Below are positions 54,719-64,000 of a DNA stretch of 64,000 nucleotides, piece after piece. The DNA lies in NCBI GenBank assembly GCA_964016885.1, contig OZ024742.1:59024001-59088000 (forward strand), in the 5' to 3' direction. Origin of the DNA: Eledone cirrhosa. Its lineage: Eukaryota. Below the pieces are notes generated by a model that did not search any database, was not told the DNA's origin, and saw only the letters and a program-made list of their open reading frames with translations. The stretch's first letter is position 1, and the number at the start of each line of letters is the position of its first letter. The translations under genes were made by a program, and so were the position numbers.

Positions 54719-54948
54719 GGATATATATATGCGGATATATATAAGAAATGCATGTATAATCTGTAAACTAAGCCCCCCTATTAACTGTAAAACTAGAAAC
54801 ATAGTATATACCATAAGATGTACTGATGTTTATTTATTTAATTTATAATAAATTGGAGTGAGAGTAACTGGTGCGTGTGTTTCTTATTGGCAACATGACC
54901 CTCCCGAAGTATAACAATATATACATATACCCATCAGATACATGATTC

Positions 54949-57244
54949 TGTAGTGACCTACATTCCGCGGGCTCACATGCATTCTCTGTGCGTGATTTGG
55001 CTCAGTTCAGCCAATCAGCGCCAGTAGAAGAGGATGTATCCCTACGCGCCCTGAGGAAGAAATTCCCCGCGAAGATTTGAAGAATCTCTCTCTTGTACCA
55101 GAAACTTCGAGCCAGCAACACGCATAATGTAACAGTGAGATATTGCACCCCTAGCCTCGCCGGCTTAACGGCGCAGCGGCACATTCCCTTTTGTAACCTC
55201 TTTTTATCTGTAACGTCAACCATATAAATAAACATACATTTCATCTCTAATTACTGCTGTTGAAATCATTATTATGTTACTCGTGTCTCGATAACATCTA
55301 CAACTAATACTGCTAAAGTGGTGACCGACGTAAGAATTTAACGCAGCCCTTCTTATTCTTTCAGTTGAACTTGCCAACCTTTTCGCAACTTGCGAAAATA
55401 AAAAATATTCCTTTTAAGATTTTTGAAAAATTAGCAGTATTTCAAAAACTTTTTCGCCACGAAAAAATTTCAAGATGGCTACCAACATCTCCTGGCTACA
55501 CTTGACAACAACAACAGCAGCAGCGGCGACAACATTGTTTAGCCACTGACCAATACAGGGAACAGTGAGTGGCAGCTTCATAACCTTATCGACGCCAACC
55601 ACCACACATCGGAAATTTCAAAACGGCTTGTAACTTTACCGACGCAACCACCATACCTTCTGTCTCGTTACCACAGGGACGCGAGAAATTGAGACAGTAG
55701 TTTTCTCACCATTATGGCGTCAGACGTGGCTGCCATATTTGGTGACTCCTACTCTACAGAAGATTCTTTGACTTTGCTTTAAAAATAAGCAACACAACCG
55801 TGTGGCGGGACGGTAAAATGGCCACGAAATCTCACAAAAACACCATACATCTAACCCCTAACGGCATTAGCAAACTTCTTTTTCAGTTTTCAGATAGAAC
55901 TAGTGTCTGTACACTGGTGATGTGTGAACTATTTGACTTTGAAAAACTTTGAACTTATTGAGCAATTTCTCTGCTCCCCTAGATTGACTTTGAATTATCA
56001 GTTTGTTACATTCACATATGTCTTTGTAGAATGCATTTACTTGTTTTGTGCTCTTTTGCTATTTGCTTGCTAATGGTTTTTGTTCATTCACATTCTTTGC
56101 TGTTTTACATGCCTGCATATGCACACATTTTTTTTATCACACCAACATGTTGTTCTTGGTATATATTCTTCAAACGTAATATTCTGCGAGTCCCTTTTCA
56201 CCTGGTTGAGATGCTGTCACATGCTAGCAGCTCACAGAGCTTAATCCACTGGATTCAAACAGGCACCGCAACACGAGAACACTAATTGCAGCTGAACTCA
56301 AACAGCTTCGCATCTCGTTGCACACTGATCGTTCATGACGGCCATCTGTCTTGTTGTTTTTGCCCGACTCGCTGGGAAAGCAACAAATTGAACTGGACTT
56401 GTCGATATTTCAGCCACTTCTGTGGATTCGCCCGAATTATGGAATTTACACTGCAACCCACCTACAGATTAAACTTGCCTTTTTTTCTTTACAAAGCAAC
56501 CAGCCATTTTTTCCTGGCTCCACAGCACATTCGACAATACATCTGGGGGCCATCATTTTCTCGCCAGCACCGGTAAACTACCATAATAGCTCCGTTCACA
56601 GCTACTGGTACAACGCTTACCATTAACATTTAATGCAAGAACAGCAACTTCGCCCATGTCAGACTTTATCTGTTTTCTGGTAGGCCCTTGAGGGTCTCGT
56701 TTAAACTACAAAACAGCTAGTCATTTGACAGCGGCTCAACACGGCCCGTCGCGCCTAATTTTTTTTGTTCTTGCATGAATCTTTCTGCTCAATTATTTTT
56801 TCACTGATGTGCTCTTTCAGCATTTGTTCTTGCTGATTCAATAATATGTGGGTCCTTGGTTTCTTCGTTATCGATTTTCGGCTGAAAATCTGGTCGGAGG
56901 TGATGTAGTGACCTACATTCCGCGGGCTCACATGCATTCTCTGTGCGTGATTTGGCTCAGTTCAGCCAATCAGCGCCAGTAGAAGAGGATGTATCCCTAC
57001 GCGCCCTGAGGAAGAAATTCCCCGCGAAGATTTGAAGAATCTCTCTCTTGTACCAGAAACTTCGAGCCAGCAACACGCATAATGTAACAGTGAGATATTG
57101 CACCCCTAGCCTCGCCGGCTTAACGGCGCAACGGCACATTCCCTTTTGTAACCTCTTTTTATCTGTAACTTCAACCATATAAATAAACATACATTTCATC
57201 TCTAATTACTGCTGTTGATAACATCTACAACTAATACTGCTAAA
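54949..57244 (+). mobile_element. Non-autonomous LTR retrotransposon (Gypsy-like)
   Basis: LTRs 54949-55317 and 56904-57244 are nearly identical. ATTC TSD. PBS TGGTGACCGACGT resembles the tRNA-Trp 3' end. No gag or pol ORF. Confidence 0.9.
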
Positions 57245-57488
57245 ATTCCTTGTGGTTGAGAGGATGATATACGCGCTTTCTGATGAGGGTTCAGTTAGAT
57301 CCGAGAATCTATTAAGAGTATTTATCTTTCTTTCAATTTACAGGGAAATTTATAATTTCTGACAAGTTTACATACCTACATATTAGATATGTGTATATAT
57401 TTATACAAGTTGATACAGTCTCGGTTACACACTCTGTATATATACAGATATAACTTTATCATAAGCTTCAGCTGCTAGGGCATTTCCA

Positions 57489-57527
<39 letters not shown>

Positions 57528-57944
57528 GTGTATTACATATATATATAATTGTGTGTGTGAAGGTTGTTCAGTAATTTTTTTGATTACTAGATGTAACGAT
57601 CCATATCAATATAACATTTTAAAATGAAACTTCGTCACATCACACTTATAACATAAATATATATATGTATGTACATATTGAAAAGGTGAATTAAATGTCC
57701 TTGTATGAACTTATTACATGATATACGTCTGGAATGTTTAACATTTTTTCACAATTCCATTAATGGCTTACAGCTGTAATTTTCTTATTAGCCGTGTCTT
57801 TCGTTTTGGTTTTGTAAGGCCCAGCATCTGAGGATTGGTACTAACATAGGCACTCAGCCAAGTGTTGCAATAATTACAGTTACAAATATAAAACTATAAA
57901 TACGAGTGGAGTAATAACTGCACACGAATCATTAAATTAATCTT

Positions 57945-58054
57945 TTATTCTTACTGGTTTCAGTCACCATATTCCGGTCATGTTTACTTTACTTTCGAAT
58001 CTGGTATTTATTTTATCGGTCCCTTTGTTATCGAACTGCTAAGTTATGGGACAT

Positions 58055-58099
<45 letters not shown>

Positions 58100-58141
58100 T
58101 ATATATGTATGTATGTATGTATGTATGTGTGTATGCATGTA

Positions 58142-58174
<33 letters not shown>

Positions 58175-58327
58175 CAAAGGAATTGTGTAAGGAACCAGAT
58201 GGACCATAACGCACCAGAGTACTCAATACTGAGGGTAGTAGAGTGGGAAATAGGAAAAAGTATGACCCCGACGGCAGAAATAGCCGTCGAAACGGCTTGA
58301 TCTCTGCCGTCGGGTCATACTTTTCCC

Positions 58328-58360
<33 letters not shown>

Positions 58361-58520
58361 GACGGGCTTCTGCAGATTCCGTCTACTAAATCCCACTCAC
58401 AAGTAATGGTCAACCCGAGGTTATAGGAGATGATACTTACGCAAGATGCCAGTCAGCATGACTGAACTCAAAGCTAGGTGGTTGTAAATAGTAAATGAAC
58501 TTCCAAAACCACACAACCTA
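57945..58520 (-). mobile_element. SINE B with a family G fold-back (58172-58330) nested in its microsatellite
   Basis: GACGGGCTTC..GTCTAC..CACTCACAAG body. The family G copy is on the minus strand. Confidence 0.7.
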
Positions 58521-58848
58521 ATTATATTTTCTTTTTCCTAATCTTTATCATCATTACGTTAACGTCTACTGGATAACTGATTCCCATTACTGTGTACACT
58601 TTATTTACACTGTTCCATATCATTATACCTCTAGTCTGTTCTGTCATGTATATATTTTACTGAGCTTTACAGGAAATGTTTTCTTTTTCCTTTGGTCCTT
58701 AACTCATGGTAGAGTGTGTGCTTTAGGCATTTTAAAGCTGGCGGAGCCCATCCCTCTCCTGGTCAGAACATAGTCGATTTCTTCTAGAGAGTGCGAACTA
58801 GCGAGGGAGAGAGTGAGAGAGAGCTAGAGAGAGGCAGAGAGAGAGAGT

Positions 58849-58918
<70 letters not shown>

Positions 58919-59846
58919 GAGAGAGAGCTAGATCTAGATCTAGATCTAGAGAGAGAGCAAGTAAAATGAGATATGGAGGAAGGATCAACCCAGTATTAGA
59001 CTGGTCCTTTATTTATCAACTTCGAAAGGATGAAAGGTAATGTTCTCTCCGACAGGATTTGATCTCAGAATGCTGATAGCCGAGAACGAACATGGCAAAG
59101 CATTCTATTCGACATCCTCACGACCCTGACAATTCGCTGAATTTTGACAGGAATATTCATCTAATATTCTTTAATATTATGAGTGATTATGCTTTCCGCA
59201 TCACTGTAACTTTTTATATAATTATCTTCACGGTTATCGTTTCTATACTATGTAGAGCAAGAGTCTTAAACACAGGGACCGCATACTACTTTTCTATGAC
59301 CCGCGGTATTACAAGTTTCGTGACTAATATTTTCATAAAACTTGGTGATTTCTTCACGTTTTAATATTCAAAATATAATTTATTGCAATTTATACATTAA
59401 AAATGATAAAATGGGGGAAAAAACATTTTGTACTTATTCACATATCTCATATTTGTTGTTAATTTTATAATTTTTGTAATCTTTATCATTTTTTATAACT
59501 ATTTATAACTTTTAATTTTTTTTTATTATTCTATATAATTTCTATAATCTTGCACACTTTTATAGCGCTTATAACGCTTTAAGTTTTGATCTGCACATCT
59601 CCAAAACGGCTGACATACGTGTGTCCCACCCACTTTTTTTCATTTATTCCTCGTTCCCTCCTCTTCCCACTCTTTATCTTTCTATTTATCTTCTATTTCT
59701 AACCCTACCCTCTGATGTGTCCGAAATGCTACAACTCTTTTCCAGGTATTTCAAGCGTTAAACTAATATATTTCTTCAATGCATTTTGTCGTTTGGTTTA
59801 TCATTTCTGTTTACCTTTTACACACACACGCACATGCACGCACACG

Positions 59847-59958
<112 letters not shown>

Positions 59959-60732
59959 CGCATATAGATTTCACGTCCACATAGTCACAAATGCACACAA
60001 ATATGTCTGTAAGAATGCGTATATCTATTTATTCACTAGGCTCCTTCGTATACAGACATATGAGGATGATGATTCCACTTCAAAACATTTCATTGCATAT
60101 TCTTTATTTAATTTGAAGAAATTCACGAATCTTCCTGGGAATAATAATAAGAAAGAAAGAAAAATCTATTGCCCGGAAAGCTGTTGAATGGTGGAGTGAA
60201 AAAAAAAGGTGACTTTTCGTATTCAAAGATAATGAAAACCATGTTTTCGTCTCTGTAGAGGGAACTGTTAGTGAAATCTGAAAATCTTAACTCCAGAGAG
60301 TCTAAATCTCTACCCACTACCAACAGGCAAGCACTGCCTTACCCTTGCCACACAACTAGACAGCCAGACAGACCACACCTCAATCTGTACCCAGTGAAAA
60401 GGTTCATAGTTTAGCTTTTCTATGTGTAACCTAAACAAAGAGCAGTTTTCATCGGCAAAGTCAGTCGAAAGTACATCGAATCAACACCTACCCTAGTGTA
60501 TATGTATATATATTTACACGTGTGTATGTGTCTGTGTGTGTGTGAATGTGCGTATGTGTGTGAATATGTGAATGTGTATTTATATCCACGTATGTGAATT
60601 ATATATGTGTGTGCTTATATACATAGAGAGAATGATGCGTATATATCTATACATATATATACTGATATATATGCATATACATCCGCACAAACACACACAT
60701 ATATATCACTCTTTATACTTGTATGTATGTAT

Positions 60733-63200
60733 GTTCTTCTGGCTTTATAATTTCACAAATCTTTACCAATAGAGAGAGAGTCGGTTTCTAACATAGACAC
60801 AAGACTCTCTCATTGGAATTTACACATCAACTAGGTAGATATGTATGTATGCATGCATGTGTAGATATGGATGTTATTGTATGTGTGGATGTGTATGTTT
60901 TGAGTTGTATGTGTGCATGTGTATATGCTTTGTATCTGTACATGTGTATATGCAGTTATTAGATGCAAAATGTTTGGAATGTTTTACATATTTTTACTGT
61001 TCCATTAATGGATTGTACTTGTAATTTCCTAACTAGTTGTGTTCTTTCTGTTCCTGTGAAGCCTAGCTTCTCAACATTTGTATTGATGCAGTTACTAACA
61101 TATCCCAGTGCCCCAATAATCACAGGCATAAATCTGAAGGTATAATCAGGGTGGAGTATCTGCAGATTTCTCATCAGTTCTGCATAAATATTCTCCTTTC
61201 CGCCAATCTTTGATATTATATTGGCATCTGCTGAGCAGCTAATTTCCACTACTGTGCATGTTTTCTTCTCCCTGTCCCATATCATAATAGCTGGTCTTTT
61301 ATGCCTGCATTTTATTGGGAATTTTACTGGAACATTCCACCAGTACTCTTTCATATTATGTACATGGATGTCTTCCACATTGCTGTAGCTTTTAATGTGT
61401 TCATTATCGGGGCTATCTTTTCTACGGATTGCATTCTACAGTGTTTTGACCACTACATCATACCTCATAGGTAGATGGTACCGCGATGTCATGTTTGGAT
61501 AGCTGATGATGATATGGGTGACATCTTCGATGTTAATTCTGCAGAGTCTGCACTTGCTATCACATAAGGTGTTTTCCTGCATCCCTATCTCTTTTGTGAA
61601 TCAGGTATTTCGTGTTAATTTCCTGTTCTTGGATTGCAAAAGCGTATCCTTCAAAGTGGGAGCCAATATAGCGGTTGTTGGTCCTTATCTATATTACTCT
61701 CACTCTGGAGCTTCCTGGCAACATATCCATGCATGATTTTTTGCTGATAAGCATGCAGTTTTTTATCCATGGATTCACTGCGATACTGCTGAGCGACCTC
61801 CCTGGGTGTGAGTTTTTGATTATCACACAGGGAATATCTTTCGATGAGTTCCTTCCCAACTCTCATGATCTTATCTGTTTCATGCAGATAGACTTGCTCG
61901 AGAGACGGGCTCCTACGCTTCGAGGTTCGTAAATGTTGTCGGAGGGATATGATTCAACATTCAAATGTTGTCTGGACTGATGTTAGGCCTCGGCCTCCTT
62001 GCTTACGTTTCAAGTAAAGGCTGTCTATGTCACTATTGATGTGGAAGTTGCCGGTGTTGTTCAGTACTTTTCATGTTCCAACATCAACTGCTCGGATATC
62101 GTCTATCGTCAAATTGAGAATTCCAAACGTTGGTGTTAGGACAGGCACAGCAAACACATTGTGAGCCACTGTTTTGTTTTGCGCAGAGAGTTCCGATGAC
62201 CAAATCTTTCTTAATCGGGTGTAGTATTCCCTGGTTACGCGTTCTTTATTACAGATACCATTATAGGATATGTTCTCATCTATCCCCAGGTATCTGTAGC
62301 AGTCCTCATCAGATATCTGTGAAACAGTTAGGCCATTTATGACAATGTTGCTAGATTGGGTTGTTGTTTTTCCCCGCTTTACAGTCATATATGAGCATTT
62401 ATCTTGGCCAAACTCCATTCCTATATCCTTTGAGAACGTTGTAAACAGGTCAAGATTTTTCTTCATCCCATCCATGTTCTTGGCACAGAGTTTCAGATCA
62501 TCCACAAAGAAATTATGGGTTAGGTTCGTATTTCTGTCCTCCTGTGAGCCAATGATGTATCTGTAGTGACCTACATTCCGCGGGCTCACATACATTCTCT
62601 GTGCGTGATTTGGCTCAGCTCAGCCAATCAGCGCCAGGAGAAGAGGATGTACCCCTACGCGTTCTGAGAGAAAAATAGCCCGCAAAGATTTGAGAAATCA
62701 AAGACTCGCAGCTTGACCATGCTAAGGTAAACACCACTTGTTCTTTTGCTCCGTAAGCACAAACAATATGTAACGACAAAACATTACATACGGACCTGGC
62801 CAAACGCCTCAGCCAGTCGACCGTATTTTCTCTTGTAATCTTAATTGAATTATTTCATTTCTCTTGGCATGCCAACTTAATTCACTTCGTAACCTTTGTT
62901 AATAAATAATGTAAAAACAAGCTAAAGTCGTTGTCGATATTCCTATCATATCTTTCTACCAAACCTGGTTCCTCGTGGCAACATTACAACTCTCTAAATA
63001 CTTCTCCGCTAAATTGGTGACAAAAACAACACTCCCAAATATCCTTCACATTTTTTGAGCAGAGAGCACAAGGGGTTTAATGACAGGATGAATAATATCA
63101 CAGAGAGTCTGTCTCCCTGAAATATACCCCTGCGATATTTTATTTTATCAGTGAAAATAGAGTCCTTCTTCTCTGTCTTTAACCTTAGGATAGTAGCCCA
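60733..63200 (-). mobile_element. R4/Dong-clade LINE with restriction-like endonuclease, interrupted by an LTR-like insert
   Basis: WWNVP..HKRPAIMIWD..VVEISC..KENIY, FFVDDLKL, RGIFQGD. Both ends lie in (TATG)n. Confidence 0.9.
62562..63039 (+). mobile_element. LTR-like insert related to the 54949 element
   Basis: First ~130 bp match the 54949 LTR. TATC TSD at 62558-62561 and 63040-63043. Confidence 0.8.
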
Positions 63201-63242
63201 GTATGTATGTATGTATGTATGTATGTATGTATGTATGTATGT

Positions 63243-63849
63243 CAGGTCACCAGTTGGTGCTACTGGTAACATCTATCCCAGTACAACCTGTCTCATAGTC
63301 GGGTCGTTGGCGACTAAACTGGCAACCCCACCAAAGTTTCTTGGTGAGGAGGGTGACTTTGGACATCCTGCAGGACTAAAAACAAAACCTGTCAAAAGGC
63401 AAAGGAGCTCTTAAGAGTCAATGGCCATCCAAAATCACCGGGAGAGATGACCCATTAGCCTTTGTCAAGGCAGAATTCTAGGAGAAGGAAAACTCTGATA
63501 TAACACCTCCAACCCTGATGGTATCCAATGATGTTGACTTGTTATTCTTTTTGGCAAATATCATCTTGGTTAAGAGAGTGGGACTAGCTTTGTGCAGTGC
63601 CTTTGCTCACTATAAAAGCTTCACGGCACAGGCATTGCTTTATATCAGGAGATCTCTCTGCACTTGTCATCACATGGTCACATGGGCCCAGCACTATGTG
63701 TCAATAATTGTCGCAAGTGTAGTGTTTGTACCAGAGTTTTCAAGTCGCTGGCTGGATTAAAAAGCCACACTCGTTCAGTGCATCGGTAGGGGTTCTCCAA
63801 CATGGATATAAAGTAGTGGCCGTACACGAAAACGAGTTGGCAGCCACCA
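63243..63849 (+). mobile_element. 600-bp RTE-derived non-autonomous element
   Basis: Near identical to 30661-31267. Confidence 0.85.
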
Positions 63850-63951
63850 TGTATATATATATATAGCGGGTTAAATTAGCTTGATAGTGGGGTTTAAAAC
63901 CTTCTAAAAATGGAAACGGTTGAGTATTGACATATGTATGTATTTACATAA

Positions 63952-63982
<31 letters not shown>

Positions 63983-64000
63983 TGTATGTATGTATGTATG

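Noticed and set aside
57275-57330. HHR-like CTGATGA-GGGTTC..GATCC-GAGAA
   Set aside because: Probably a decayed HHR, but GAAA and helix III are disrupted, so it was not counted.

Overview
Repeat-saturated, AT-rich animal DNA. The SINE, microsatellite and LINE content resembles an octopus/cephalopod genome (inference). I see no confident host protein-coding gene, and most ORFs in the track are microsatellite translations. Recognisable elements: a young head-to-head Penelope-like element (PLE; RT plus GIY-YIG) forming a ~4 kb palindrome, older PLE remnants, two R4/Dong-type LINEs sitting in (TATG)n, RTE LINE remnants and RTE-derived non-autonomous elements, several Helitrons, a deleted mariner with two 3' ends, a non-autonomous LTR element (tRNA-Trp-like PBS, 4-bp TSD) plus a related LTR-like insert, and many tRNA-derived SINEs. 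The most striking unexplained layer is a set of short non-coding inserts in (TA)n arrays, many of them fold-back or terminally redundant. They carry about ten well-formed type I hammerhead ribozyme (HHR) motifs plus several degenerate ones. Many of these HHRs have an unusual U-U pair at the base of helix II, and each family has its own palindromic helix III. This looks like a PLE-mobilised, TA-targeted, ribozyme-bearing mini-retroelement system. All structures were folded by eye, and repeat boundaries are approximate.
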